A stretch of DNA of 64,000 bases from a bacterium (lineage in GTDB: Bacteria; Krumholzibacteriota; Krumholzibacteriia; LZORAL124-64-63): contig JANOEP010000010.1 of NCBI GenBank assembly GCA_031441465.1, positions 1-64,000 on the forward strand, written 5' to 3'. The position numbers and the translations under genes were made by a program. The notes below the pieces were generated by a model, which ran no database searches, was not told the DNA's origin, and saw only the letters and a list, made by a program, of their open reading frames with translations. Below, in pieces: positions 21,543 to 31,484 of this stretch. Position 1 is the stretch's first letter. Every line of letters begins with the position of its first letter.

Positions 21543-22640
21543 ATGGACTACACGCGCCTGTTCCGCCCCGGGATCCTCGCCACCCGCCCCTACACGCCCG
21601 GCAAACCCATCAGCGAGGTCCAACGGGAACTCGGACTGGACAGCGTGATCAAGCTCGCCAGCAACGAGAACCCCGAGGGTCCCCTGCCCTCGGTCGTCGC
21701 CGCGGTCCACGCGGCCCTGGCGGATCTGAACCGCTACCCCGACGCGGCCTGCCACGAACTCGGCATGGCCCTGGGCGCGACGCTGGGCCGCGACCCCTCC
21801 TGGCTGCTGTTCGGCAACGGCTGCAACGAGATCATCGACATGTTCATCCGGGCCCTGGTCTCGCCCGGGGAAAACGTGGTCTTCGGCCACCCGAGCTTCA
21901 TCGTCTACCCGCTGACCTGCGCGGTGCACTTCGAGTGCGGCCGGCCGGTGCCCCTGCGCGACGATCGCCACGACCTGCCGGCGATGGCGCGCGCCGTCGA
22001 CGGCGCGACCAAGCTGGTCATCGTCTGCAACCCGAACAACCCGACGGGAACCTACAACACCGCGGCCGAGTTCCGGACCTTCCTGGCGGACATCCCGCCG
22101 GAGGTCATCGTCATGGTGGACGAGGCCTACGTCGAATTCGTCGTGGCGCCCGATTACCCGCGCACGCTGGAACTGCTCGACGCCCACCCGAACCTGGTGA
22201 TCAACCGCACCTTCTCGAAAATCCACTCGCTCGCCGGCTTGCGGGTCGGCTATGCTGTGGCCCATCCCGGCCTGATCGCCGAGCTGCACAAGACCCGGGA
22301 GCCGTTCAACGTGAACTCGCTGGCCCAGGTCGCGGCGATCGCGGCGCTGCACGAGAAGTCGGAAACCCTGGCCCGCGCCGCGCGCAACCGCGCGCAACTC
22401 GAGAACCTCGCCGCCGAACTCGCGGCCCTCGGCCTCGAAGTGACGCCGTCCCAGGCCAACTTCCTGCTGGTGCGGGTGCCGGGGAACGCGACGATCATCA
22501 CCCGGGAATTGATGGGCCGCGGGGTGATCGTGCGCCCGATGAACGCCTTCGGCCTGGGCGAGGGCGCGATCCGCATCAGCGTGGGCCTGCCCGACGAGAA
22601 CCGGCGCTGCCTGGAGGCGCTCAAGGAGATCCTGGCGTGA
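21543..22640 (+). CDS. hisC: Histidinol-phosphate aminotransferase
   Basis: IKLASNENP, LNRYPD, CNPNNPTG, DEAY, RTFSKIHSLAGLRVGY. Confidence 0.92.
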   Translation: MDYTRLFRPGILATRPYTPGKPISEVQRELGLDSVIKLASNENPEGPLPSVVAAVHAALADLNRYPDAACHELGMALGATLGRDPSWLLFGNGCNEIIDMFIRALVSPGENVVFGHPSFIVYPLTCAVHFECGRPVPLRDDRHDLPAMARAVDGATKLVIVCNPNNPTGTYNTAAEFRTFLADIPPEVIVMVDEAYVEFVVAPDYPRTLELLDAHPNLVINRTFSKIHSLAGLRVGYAVAHPGLIAELHKTREPFNVNSLAQVAAIAALHEKSETLARAARNRAQLENLAAELAALGLEVTPSQANFLLVRVPGNATIITRELMGRGVIVRPMNAFGLGEGAIRISVGLPDENRRCLEALKEILA

Positions 22641-23515
22641 GTTCCGATCCGCAGCTGAAACCCGAGCCGCAGCCGACGCCGGCGGCGCGCGTCGCCGACG
22701 AGCGGTACCCCCGCAGCGGGCGCGCGCCCGGACAGGACTCGACGCTCGTGCGCGTGGGCGCCGCCGTGTTCGGCGGTCCGCGACTGGTCGTGGCCGCGGG
22801 GCCCTGCGCCGTGGAACCGAGCGGGACGCTGCTGACCACCGCCCTGGCCGTGCGCGACGCCGGCGCCACGCTCCTGCGGGCCGGCGCCTACAAGCCGCGC
22901 ACGTCCCCGTACGACTTCCAGGGCCTCGGCCGCGAAGGGCTGGTTCTGCTGGCCGAAGCCCGGGCCGCGACCGGCCTGCCGGTGGTCACCGAGGTCCTCG
23001 ACCCGCGCGACGTCGAAGCCGTGGCCGCCGTCGCGGACATGCTGCAGATCGGCAGCCGCAGCGTGCAGAATGTGCCCCTGCTGCGCGAGGTCGGCCGCAG
23101 TGGCAAACCGGTCTTGCTCAAGCGCGGCATGATGACCACGGTGCACGAGTGGCTCAGCGCCGCCGAGTACGTCCTGTCGGCCGGCGGCCGCGACCTCGTG
23201 CTGTGCGAGCGGGGGATCCGCACCTTCGAGGACGCCACGCGCAACACCCTCGACCTGAACACCGTGGTGCTGCTGAAGCAGCGCACGCACCTGCCGGTGA
23301 TCGTCGATCCCAGCCACGCCTGCGGCGACGCGAACCTGGTCGCCGCCCTGTGCCGCGCCGCGGTCGCCGCGGGTGCCGACGGCCTGCTGATCGAAGTGCA
23401 CGTCGACCCCGGCCAGGCGCTGAGCGACGGCGCCCAGTCGCTGGATCCCGTCGCCTTCCGCGCCACGATGGACGCCTGCCGGGCCGTGGCCGCGGCCGTG
23501 GGCCGTGAAATCTGA
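22637..23515 (+). CDS. aroF: DAHP synthase (class I beta, catalytic domain only)
   Basis: AGPCAVE, GAYKPRTSPY, LLKRG, CERGIRTFE, VDPSH, ALSDG. Confidence 0.9.
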   Translation: MSSDPQLKPEPQPTPAARVADERYPRSGRAPGQDSTLVRVGAAVFGGPRLVVAAGPCAVEPSGTLLTTALAVRDAGATLLRAGAYKPRTSPYDFQGLGREGLVLLAEARAATGLPVVTEVLDPRDVEAVAAVADMLQIGSRSVQNVPLLREVGRSGKPVLLKRGMMTTVHEWLSAAEYVLSAGGRDLVLCERGIRTFEDATRNTLDLNTVVLLKQRTHLPVIVDPSHACGDANLVAALCRAAVAAGADGLLIEVHVDPGQALSDGAQSLDPVAFRATMDACRAVAAAVGREI

Positions 23516-25022
23516 CCCGGGGCGCGGCCCCGGCGACCCGGATCGCGGCACCCGCACCACCGACTCCTGCATCCTCGAGTCCTACGGTCCCGTGCCGCCC
23601 GACACCGTCGTCGCCATCGACGGCCCCGCCGGCTCCGGCAAGTCCACGACCGCCCGCACCCTGGCCGAGCGGCTCGGGCTGCTCTACGTGGATTCCGGCG
23701 CCATGTACCGCGCCCTGACCTGGGCTGCCGCCGCCGCCGGCGTCGATCCAGGCGACGAGGCGTCCCTGCTGCACCTGCTCGACCACGCCGATCTATCCCT
23801 GAGGGCGAACCGCGGGGAGACTGCGGTCTTCTGGAACGGGTGCGACATCTCCGCTGCGGTGCGCACGCCCGAGATCGAAGCCCAGGTCTCGGCCGTTTCG
23901 GCCCACGCGACGGTGAGGGAGCGGATGGTCGTCCGGCAGCGCGCCATGGGGCGGCGCCAAGGCGTGGTCATGGAAGGGCGCGACATCGGCACGGTGGTCT
24001 TCCCGCTGGCTTCGGCGAAGATCTATCTGGACGCCACCCTCGAGGCCCGTGCCGAGCGCCGCCTGCGCCAGCACCGCCGCCGCGGTCTGACGGTGGATCG
24101 GGGAGAGGTCCGGCGCGAGGTGGAGGCCCGCGACCGGCGCGACAGCGAGCGCGCCGCGAGTCCCCTGCGCATCCCGCCGGACGCGATGGTCATCGACAAC
24201 AGCACGCTGACGCTCGACGACCAGCTCGAGGCCACCGAGGCCGCGGTCCGGCGCCTGCTGGCCTACCAGCGTCCGGCGATCGGGCACCGGGAGGGCGAAC
24301 TGTCCCTGCGCTACCGGATGGCCTTCGCGGTCTTCGGGTCCGTGGGACGTTTCACCGGCCTGCGGCTCGTCGGCCGCGAGCATGCGGACCTGCACGGCTG
24401 CATCCTCGCGCCCAACCACGTCAGCCACTGGGATGCGCCCATCATCGGCGCGGCCCTGGCCGGCAAGAACCACATCCGCTCGATCGCGAAGGAAGAGCTG
24501 TTCCGGCTGCCGCCGTCGGCCCTGTTGTACCGCTTCCTCTACGCGATCCCCATCAAGCGCAACATCTACGACACGGCGGCCTTCGATCAGGCCGCCGGTT
24601 TCCTGGCCCGGGGCCAGAACCTGCTGTTCTTCCCGGAAGGGATGCGACGCATCTACGGCGAACCCGGTCCGGTCCGCAACGGGTTGGGCCTGCTCATGCA
24701 GCGCACCGGGGCGCCGGCCGTCCCGATCTACATGCGGGGGACCTTGGCGCCCGAGCCGGGCGGGAGCCCGCGGTCCCCCCTGGAAGTCTCGTTCGCCCCG
24801 GCCATTCGGCTGCACGCCCTGCCGGTGCTGAGCCGCCGCCTGGAGCCCAGAGCGCTCAGCCGCGAGATCGGCCGGCTTTTCGAAGCGATCTACTGGGAAC
24901 TCCAGGAACGGTCCGGCGACCGTCATCCGTTCACCGAGTGGGAGTTGGAGGCCACCGCGCGCGTCCGGGCCGGAATCATGCGGAAAGAGGCCCGCACTTT
25001 CCGCAACCGGCGCCCCCTGTGA
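23505..25022 (+). CDS. cmk: Cytidylate kinase fused to a PlsC-type acyltransferase
   Basis: AIDGPAGSGKST, DSGAMYR, EGRDIGTVVFP; C-terminal NHVSHWD and FFPEG motifs. Confidence 0.9.
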   Translation: MKSDPGRGPGDPDRGTRTTDSCILESYGPVPPDTVVAIDGPAGSGKSTTARTLAERLGLLYVDSGAMYRALTWAAAAAGVDPGDEASLLHLLDHADLSLRANRGETAVFWNGCDISAAVRTPEIEAQVSAVSAHATVRERMVVRQRAMGRRQGVVMEGRDIGTVVFPLASAKIYLDATLEARAERRLRQHRRRGLTVDRGEVRREVEARDRRDSERAASPLRIPPDAMVIDNSTLTLDDQLEATEAAVRRLLAYQRPAIGHREGELSLRYRMAFAVFGSVGRFTGLRLVGREHADLHGCILAPNHVSHWDAPIIGAALAGKNHIRSIAKEELFRLPPSALLYRFLYAIPIKRNIYDTAAFDQAAGFLARGQNLLFFPEGMRRIYGEPGPVRNGLGLLMQRTGAPAVPIYMRGTLAPEPGGSPRSPLEVSFAPAIRLHALPVLSRRLEPRALSREIGRLFEAIYWELQERSGDRHPFTEWELEATARVRAGIMRKEARTFRNRRPL

Positions 25023-25060
25023 AGGCGGACGGGACCTGACGTCCCGGCCCGCCGCCGTCC

Positions 25061-25089
25061 TTGCCAAAGCCGCCTTACTCGTGTATATT
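25061..25089 (+). promoter_or_regulatory. sigma70 promoter upstream of rpsA
   Basis: TTGCCA-17 nt-TATATT; AGGAGG RBS before ATG 25146. Confidence 0.6.
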
Positions 25090-25145
25090 CCGCCACATGC
25101 CCGGCCGATCGTCGGGTAAATCCGTCTTTTAGGAGGAACCACACA

Positions 25146-27080
25146 ATGAGTCCCAACCCCAACTCGGGGGGTTCGTCTGCACGCCATTCGAACTCTTCCG
25201 GATCCGACCGTCCCCTGCCGTCCCGCAAGTGGCGCGAGGAGCAGGACGACGACTACCCGGCTGCCCGGGTCCCGACCACGCCGAAGCTGACCACCGAATT
25301 CGACGCCTCGAGCATCGTCAACCGCGACTATGACGACGACGGCGACGCGGCCAACTTCGACATGCTGGCGCTGCTGAACCAGTACGAGCAGACGCTCAAC
25401 GAGATCCAGGAGGGGCAGATCCTCCAGGGCACCGTGGTCGAGGTGCGCGAGAACGAGGTCCTGCTCAACATCGGCTTCAAGAGCGAGGGCGTCATTCCCA
25501 TCGAGGAATTCGGCGCCACGCAGATCAAGGTCGGCGACACCTTCGACGTGTTCCTGGAACACCTCGAGGACCAGGACGGCCTGGTCGTGCTGTCGAAGGA
25601 GCGGGCGGACTTCCTGAAGGTCTGGGACAAGATCAAGCAGGCGCACGAAAACGGCGAGGTCGTCAAGGGCGTCGTGGACCGCCGCATCAAGGGCGGCCTC
25701 GTGGTGAAGCTGTGGGACGTCGACACGTTCCTGCCCGGCTCCCAGGTGGCCCTGCGGCAGGTGCCGGATCTGGACCAGCTGATCGGCAAGGAGATCGACT
25801 GCCAGATCATCAAGAAGAACAAGCGGCGCCGCAACGTCGTGGTCAGTCGCCGCATCGTGCTCGAGCGCGAGCGCGAGGAGAAGAAGAAGAACCTGATGTC
25901 CGAGCTCGACAAGGACCAGGTGCGCAAGGGAATCGTGAAGAACATCACGGATTTCGGCGCCTTCGTGGACCTCGGCGGGATCGACGGGCTGCTGCACATC
26001 ACCGACCTGTCCTGGGGCCGCGTCAAGCACCCCAGCGAGGTCGTCAACATCGGTGACGAGATCCAGGTCAAGATCCTGGACTTCGACCGCGACCGCGAGC
26101 GCATCTCCCTGGGTCTCAAGCAGCTGCAGAACTACCCGTGGGAGAACGTCGAGGCCAAGTACCCCGAGAAGGCCATCGTCCAGGGCAAGGTCGTTTCGAT
26201 CACCAACTACGGCGCCTTCGTGGAGCTGGAGGAGGGCATCGAGGGCCTGATCCACATCAGCGAGATGTCCTGGACCCGGCACATCAAGCACCCGAGCAAG
26301 ATCCTGTCCATCGGCGACGACGTCGAGGTCATGGTCCTGAAGATCGACAAGGGCAACGAGAAGATCTCCCTCGGCCTGAAGCAGACCGAGCAGGACCCCT
26401 GGCTGTCGCTCAACGAGCGCTACCCGGTGGGCACGATCATCGAAGGCCGCGTGCGCAACCTGACCGACTTCGGCGCCTTCGTCGAGGTCGAGGAAGGCAT
26501 CGACGGTCTGGTCCACATCTCCGACATGTCGTGGACCAAGCGGGTCCGCCACCCGAAGGAGATCGTGCGCAAGGGCGACCTGGTCCAGGTGCAGATCCTG
26601 GACATCGACGCCGACAAGCGCCGGATCAGCCTGGGCATCAAGCAGCTCCAGGACAACCCCTGGCCGACGCTCGCCGAGGACTACCCGGTGGGACGCCAGG
26701 TCGAGGGCAAGGTCATCCGCATGCTGGACCACGGCATGGTGGTGGAGATCGGCAACGACATCGAAGGGTTCGTGCCGGTCGGCCACCTGGCCATCCCGAA
26801 GCTGGACAAGCCGCAGTTCTTCTTCCACGAGGAGGAGGCGCTGCCGATGCACGTCATCAAGATGGACGCCGAGAACCGGCGCATCGTCCTGTCGGTGGCC
26901 GAGTTCTACAAGGACCAGCCGCGCGACACCCTCGAGGCCTACATCGCGGCCCACCCGCGTCGTGACGACGTGGTGGAGACCGAGATCGACCCCGAGGGCG
27001 CCGACGAGTACGCCGACGCCGCGGTGGACATCCCTGCGTCGCCGATCAGCGATCTGGAAGGCACGGGCGAAGACGCCTGA
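25146..27080 (+). CDS. rpsA: 30S ribosomal protein S1
   Basis: Multiple S1 repeats (ITDFGAFVDLGGIDGLLHI, ITNYGAFVEL, LTDFGAFVEV). Confidence 0.97.
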   Translation: MSPNPNSGGSSARHSNSSGSDRPLPSRKWREEQDDDYPAARVPTTPKLTTEFDASSIVNRDYDDDGDAANFDMLALLNQYEQTLNEIQEGQILQGTVVEVRENEVLLNIGFKSEGVIPIEEFGATQIKVGDTFDVFLEHLEDQDGLVVLSKERADFLKVWDKIKQAHENGEVVKGVVDRRIKGGLVVKLWDVDTFLPGSQVALRQVPDLDQLIGKEIDCQIIKKNKRRRNVVVSRRIVLEREREEKKKNLMSELDKDQVRKGIVKNITDFGAFVDLGGIDGLLHITDLSWGRVKHPSEVVNIGDEIQVKILDFDRDRERISLGLKQLQNYPWENVEAKYPEKAIVQGKVVSITNYGAFVELEEGIEGLIHISEMSWTRHIKHPSKILSIGDDVEVMVLKIDKGNEKISLGLKQTEQDPWLSLNERYPVGTIIEGRVRNLTDFGAFVEVEEGIDGLVHISDMSWTKRVRHPKEIVRKGDLVQVQILDIDADKRRISLGIKQLQDNPWPTLAEDYPVGRQVEGKVIRMLDHGMVVEIGNDIEGFVPVGHLAIPKLDKPQFFFHEEEALPMHVIKMDAENRRIVLSVAEFYKDQPRDTLEAYIAAHPRRDDVVETEIDPEGADEYADAAVDIPASPISDLEGTGEDA

Positions 27081-27114
27081 CCTTCCGCTCACCGATCCGG
27101 CGCAGGCAAGCGAT

Positions 27115-27141
27115 GGGGGTGGCGCCGAGCCACCCCCTTCT
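27115..27141 (+). terminator. Hairpin after rpsA, possible intrinsic terminator
   Basis: GGGGGTGGC-GCCGA-GCCACCCCC followed by TTCT. Confidence 0.5.
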
Positions 27142-27194
27142 CCCATCCGGCCGGAAGGCGCGCGCCGGAACCGACCGAAGGAGCGACGCAGGAC

Positions 27195-28586
27195 ATGGAC
27201 GGGCAGGACGGATCGCGTCGGCTCGTGCGCGTGGCGTTCCACACGCTCGGCTGCCGGCTCAACCGCTACGACACCGAGACGATGATGGCCGGCCTGCCAT
27301 GCGGAGCCGGCGGCGTCCTCGCGTGCGAGATCGTCGACTGGGAAGGGTCCGCCGACGTCTACGTCCTGAACAGCTGCACCGTCACCGCGCGCGCCGATCA
27401 GAAGGCCCGCCAGACCCTGCGCGAGGTGCGTCGCCGCAGCCCCGCGGCCAAGATCGTCGTCACCGGCTGTTACGCCCAGACCCAGCCCGCCGCCCTGTCC
27501 GCCCTCGCAGGCGTCGACGGCGTGTTCGGAGTCGGCGAACGCGACGCCATCGCGGACTGGCTGCCCCGCTTGCTGGCCGCCGACCAGCCCCTGGTCGAAG
27601 TCGGCCGTCCGGAGGGCGTCGCACCGCCACCCGGATCCCGCGCGCGCCTCGACCTCGCGGACCGCACCCGCGCCCACGTCAAGATCCAGGACGGTTGCGA
27701 CCTACGCTGCGCCTACTGCCTCGTCTGGCGCGCCCGGGGACGCTCGCGCTCCCGCGCACCCGGGTCCATCCTGGAGGAGATCGCCGCCCTGCAGGCCCGC
27801 GGCGCGCCCGAGGTCGTGCTCACCGGCGTCCACCTCGGGTCCTACGGCCGCGACGCCGAACCGCGGACCACCCTGGCGGACCTGCTGCGGGAAATCCTGA
27901 TCAGCTTCCCCGACCAGAAGGTGCGCCTGAGCAGCCTGCACCCCGACGACGTGGGGGACGACCTGCTGCGCCTGTTCGCGACGCACGCGAATCTGCAGCC
28001 CTACCTGCACGTCTCCCTGCAGAGCGGCGCCGACGCCGTGCTGGGCCGGATGCGGCGTCCCTACGCCGCCGCCGACATCGTCGGCGCGGTCGGGGCCGTG
28101 GCCGCCGCCCGGCCGGGGATCGGCATCGGCGCCGACGTGATCGCCGGCTTCCCCGGCGAGACCGAGGCGGATTTCCAGGCGACCCTCGACCTGGTCGGCT
28201 CGCTGCCCCTGGCCTACCTGCACGTGTTCCCGTTCTCGCCCCGTCCGGGCACGCCCGCCGCCACGATGGCGCCGGTGCCGCCGGCCCTGGTGCGCGACCG
28301 GGCCGCCCGACTGGTCGCCGCCGGCCGGGCGCTGCAGCAGCGCTTCGAAGCCGGCTTGCTCGACGTCTGGCAGGAGGCGATCGTGGAGTCCCCACGCCGA
28401 GCCGATGGCTGGCTCCCCGCCACGACGGGAAATTTCGCCACGGTCCTGGTGCCGGGCGTCTGGAAACAAGGGGACCACATCCTGGTACGCCCGAACGGGC
28501 GGCGCGGGGGGCTGCTGTGCGCCTCGGAAGTCCTTCGCCGCACAGCTTCCGCGACGACCGCCGACGGGGGAGGGGGGCGCCGATGA
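27195..28586 (+). CDS. mtaB: tRNA methylthiotransferase, MtaB-like
   Basis: TLGCRLN, NSCTVT..AD.K.RQ, VTGCYAQ, KIQDGCDLRCAYC. Confidence 0.85.
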   Translation: MDGQDGSRRLVRVAFHTLGCRLNRYDTETMMAGLPCGAGGVLACEIVDWEGSADVYVLNSCTVTARADQKARQTLREVRRRSPAAKIVVTGCYAQTQPAALSALAGVDGVFGVGERDAIADWLPRLLAADQPLVEVGRPEGVAPPPGSRARLDLADRTRAHVKIQDGCDLRCAYCLVWRARGRSRSRAPGSILEEIAALQARGAPEVVLTGVHLGSYGRDAEPRTTLADLLREILISFPDQKVRLSSLHPDDVGDDLLRLFATHANLQPYLHVSLQSGADAVLGRMRRPYAAADIVGAVGAVAAARPGIGIGADVIAGFPGETEADFQATLDLVGSLPLAYLHVFPFSPRPGTPAATMAPVPPALVRDRAARLVAAGRALQQRFEAGLLDVWQEAIVESPRRADGWLPATTGNFATVLVPGVWKQGDHILVRPNGRRGGLLCASEVLRRTASATTADGGGGRR

Positions 28587-29923
28587 CCGACGAGCACGCC
28601 GGCTTCCGGGTCCACATCGAGACCTACGGCTGCCAAATGAACGCCTACGATTCCGCGGCCATCCACGGCATCCTGGCGGCTCGCGGCTACGCCCGCGCGG
28701 ACTCGCCCCAGGAGGCCGACATCGTCCTGCTGAACACCTGCTCGGTCCGCGACCTGGCCGAGCACAAGATCTTCAGCCGCATCGGCGAACTGCGCAGCCT
28801 GCGCCGGCGCGGCCTGGCCGGCGCCGACATCATCGGCGTCTGCGGCTGCATGGCCGAACGCCTTCAAAACGGCCTGTTGGCGGGCGGGCGGGGCCCCGAC
28901 CTGGTGGCCGGCGTCGACCAGTACGACAAGCTGCCCGACCTGCTGGACGGCCTGCTGCGGGGAGGGACGGCCCCGGCCCCGGCGCCGGTGGCGGTCGGGC
29001 ACCGCGACGACGTCCACTACGTCGCACCGCCGGAGGCCTACCCGACCAACAACTCCCACCTGGTCACGATCCACAAGGGCTGCGACTACCGCTGCACCTA
29101 CTGCATCGTGCCGGAGACTCGCGGCCCCCAGCGCGAGAAGGCGCCCCTGCTCATCGAGGCGGAGATCCGCCGGATCGTCGAGCGGGGCGGCCGCGAGGTC
29201 ACCCTGCTGGGCCAGAACGTCACGGCCTACCGCAGCGGGGACCTGGATTTCGCCGGGCTGCTGCGCCGGCTCGAAACGATCGACGGCCTGGAGCGGATCC
29301 GCTTCCTGACGGGCCACCCCTGCGACATGACCGACGACCTGATCCGCACCATCGCCGACCTGGGCAAGACCTGCCCCTGGCTCCACGTGCCGGCCCAGAG
29401 CGGCAGCGACGCCGTCCTGCGCCGGATGAAGCGCCTCTACACCCATGAGCGGTACCTGGCGATGATCGCCGCCGCCCGGCGCTGGATCCCCGACGTGACC
29501 TTCAGCGGGGACATCATCGTGGGCTTCCCCGGAGAAACCAACGCGGACTTCCGACAGACGCTTGAGTTGGTGAGGGAGGTCCGCTACGATCTGCTCTTCA
29601 GCTTCAAGTACTCCGAGCGGCCGGGCACACCCGCAGCTAGGCTCACCGACGATGTGCCGCCCGAAGTGAAAAAAGAGCGTCTGGCCGAACTGATGGCGGT
29701 CCAGGACGGGATCTGGGATGATCTGGCAGCAGCCCAGACGGGCGCCGTCTGGGAGGCCGTCGTGGAAGCGGAGGCGCGTCGGCCCGCCGGCAGCTGGCGG
29801 GCGCGGACCCCGAACAACCGCAAGGTGCTGCTGCACGGCGGCAACCACCGGCCCGGCGACCTGGTCCGGGTCCGGGTGACCGGCTGCGCGGCGTCGACGT
29901 TCGAGGCGGAACCCATCAACTGA
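28583..29923 (+). CDS. miaB: tRNA-2-methylthio-N6-dimethylallyladenosine synthase
   Basis: TYGCQMNAYDS, NTCSVR, GCMAE, GCDYRCTYCIVP, TRAM-like C-terminus. Confidence 0.92.
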   Translation: MTDEHAGFRVHIETYGCQMNAYDSAAIHGILAARGYARADSPQEADIVLLNTCSVRDLAEHKIFSRIGELRSLRRRGLAGADIIGVCGCMAERLQNGLLAGGRGPDLVAGVDQYDKLPDLLDGLLRGGTAPAPAPVAVGHRDDVHYVAPPEAYPTNNSHLVTIHKGCDYRCTYCIVPETRGPQREKAPLLIEAEIRRIVERGGREVTLLGQNVTAYRSGDLDFAGLLRRLETIDGLERIRFLTGHPCDMTDDLIRTIADLGKTCPWLHVPAQSGSDAVLRRMKRLYTHERYLAMIAAARRWIPDVTFSGDIIVGFPGETNADFRQTLELVREVRYDLLFSFKYSERPGTPAARLTDDVPPEVKKERLAELMAVQDGIWDDLAAAQTGAVWEAVVEAEARRPAGSWRARTPNNRKVLLHGGNHRPGDLVRVRVTGCAASTFEAEPIN

Positions 29924-29929
29924 CGAGGT

Positions 29930-30250
29930 GTGGCCGTGTGGATCTTCAAGGGGATCATCATCCTGCTGGCCGTGATCACGCTGGCCGTCTTCTTCGCGCA
30001 GAACAGCTCCCAGAGCGTGGACCTGCGCCTGCTGCACTGGCAGTGGTTGCAGATCCCCCTGTACATGGTGCTGGTCGGCTCGTTCCTGGGGGGAATCCTG
30101 GTGAGCCTGGTCGTCGGCGGCGTGCGCGAACTGGGGCTGCGCGCGCGCATGCACCGCCTCGGCCGCGAGTTGAAGAACCGCGACAAGGAGATCGCCGAGC
30201 TGCGCACGATGCCCCTGCAGGACATGGATCTGTTCAAGGAGGAGGACTGA
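29930..30250 (+). CDS. lapA: LapA family membrane protein
   Basis: Two hydrophobic segments, F.AQN.Q.V, coiled C-terminus; directly upstream of lapB-like gene. Confidence 0.7.
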   Translation: MAVWIFKGIIILLAVITLAVFFAQNSSQSVDLRLLHWQWLQIPLYMVLVGSFLGGILVSLVVGGVRELGLRARMHRLGRELKNRDKEIAELRTMPLQDMDLFKEED

Positions 30251-30251
30251 C

Positions 30252-31484
30252 ATGGGCAACGCCGAACCCCTGCTGCTGGGCATCGCCCTGCTGGCCCTGG
30301 TGGCCGCGGCGCTGGGTCTGATCTGGCGCGGACGCCGCGCCAAGCCCGAGCAGGAGGACAGCTACACGCGCGGTCTCGAGTTGTGGCTGGCCGGCGACCT
30401 GCCGGCGGCGACCGAGGCCCTGCGCGACGCCATCGCCCGCGATCCCGACTCGGTCGATCCCTACCTGCAACTCGGCAACCTGCTGCGCCGGCGCGGGGAG
30501 GCCCAGCGGGCCATGGCCCTGCACCGCGGCCTCGCGGCGCGCCCCGCCCTGAGCCCGCAGAAGCGCGTCTCGGTGACGCTCGCCCTGGTCGAGGACCTGC
30601 TCGTCCTGAAGCGCTGGCAGGAGGCCGGCGAACTCCTGGACGAACTGCAGCGCCACAACCTGACGTCGGCGCGCTACTGGACCGCCCGCTTCCGCCAGGC
30701 CCTGGGTCGCGGCGACGAGTCGACCGCGGCCCGCACCCTGCGTGAGGCCGCGCGCCGCACCGCCCCGAACGAGCGCCAGCTGTTCCGGGACCGCCACGAG
30801 TCCTTCCAGCTCGACCGCGGCGTGCGCGCCGCCCTGCGCGGCGATTTCAGCGATGCCCGCCGCTACGCCCGCAACGTCGCCGACGGCAGCCCCCGCGCCG
30901 CGGCCTCGATGTTCGTCCAGGCCCTGTCGCGGTTGGGCGAGCAGGAGCACGAGCGCGCGGCCGAAGTCGCCACCGAGGGGCTGCTGAAGGCGCCCGAACT
31001 GGTGCACCTGTTCCTCCCGGTGCTGCAGCGCTCCCTGCTGGCCACCGGCCAGTACAGCCGCGTCGTGCCCATCCTGGAGTCGGCCTGCCGCAACCCGGCC
31101 GCGCCGCCGGAGCTGTGGATCGCCCTGGCCCAGCTGCACGAGAAGATGGGCGACCGCGAGATGGCCGTGCAGGTCTTCGAGGAAAAGGCGGGCGACGCAC
31201 GCCTGACGCCGGCGGTTGCCTCGCCGCTGTTGCGCGTCCTGGTGAACGACCTGCCGGACAGCGATTTCACCCGCATCTGGAACACGCTGGCCAAGCCCGA
31301 GGCCGCCACGGCCTGGGCCTGCCGCAGCTGCGGGGCGGCCCACGACGGGATGCGCTGGTACTGCCCCGAGTGCGGGTCCTTCGAAACCGTGGGACCGGCC
31401 GCGCCCCGCCAGGCCGAACCCGCCCAGCCGCGGCCGAAGTCGCCGCGACTGCTGATCGAGGCCCCGGAAGCCGCCGCGCCATGA
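30252..31484 (+). CDS. lapB: LapB-like TPR protein with C-terminal rubredoxin-type metal site
   Basis: N-terminal TM, YLQLGNLLRRRGE..RA..LH, CRSCG...WYCPECG. Confidence 0.8.
   Translation: MGNAEPLLLGIALLALVAAALGLIWRGRRAKPEQEDSYTRGLELWLAGDLPAATEALRDAIARDPDSVDPYLQLGNLLRRRGEAQRAMALHRGLAARPALSPQKRVSVTLALVEDLLVLKRWQEAGELLDELQRHNLTSARYWTARFRQALGRGDESTAARTLREAARRTAPNERQLFRDRHESFQLDRGVRAALRGDFSDARRYARNVADGSPRAAASMFVQALSRLGEQEHERAAEVATEGLLKAPELVHLFLPVLQRSLLATGQYSRVVPILESACRNPAAPPELWIALAQLHEKMGDREMAVQVFEEKAGDARLTPAVASPLLRVLVNDLPDSDFTRIWNTLAKPEAATAWACRSCGAAHDGMRWYCPECGSFETVGPAAPRQAEPAQPRPKSPRLLIEAPEAAAP

Noticed and set aside
23793..27677. Very long antisense and alternative-frame ORFs (1294 aa here; also 307-3021, 53939-57574, 32428-35241)
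   Set aside because: Shadows of high-GC codon usage in real genes; Arg/Gly/Ala-rich with no recognisable motifs
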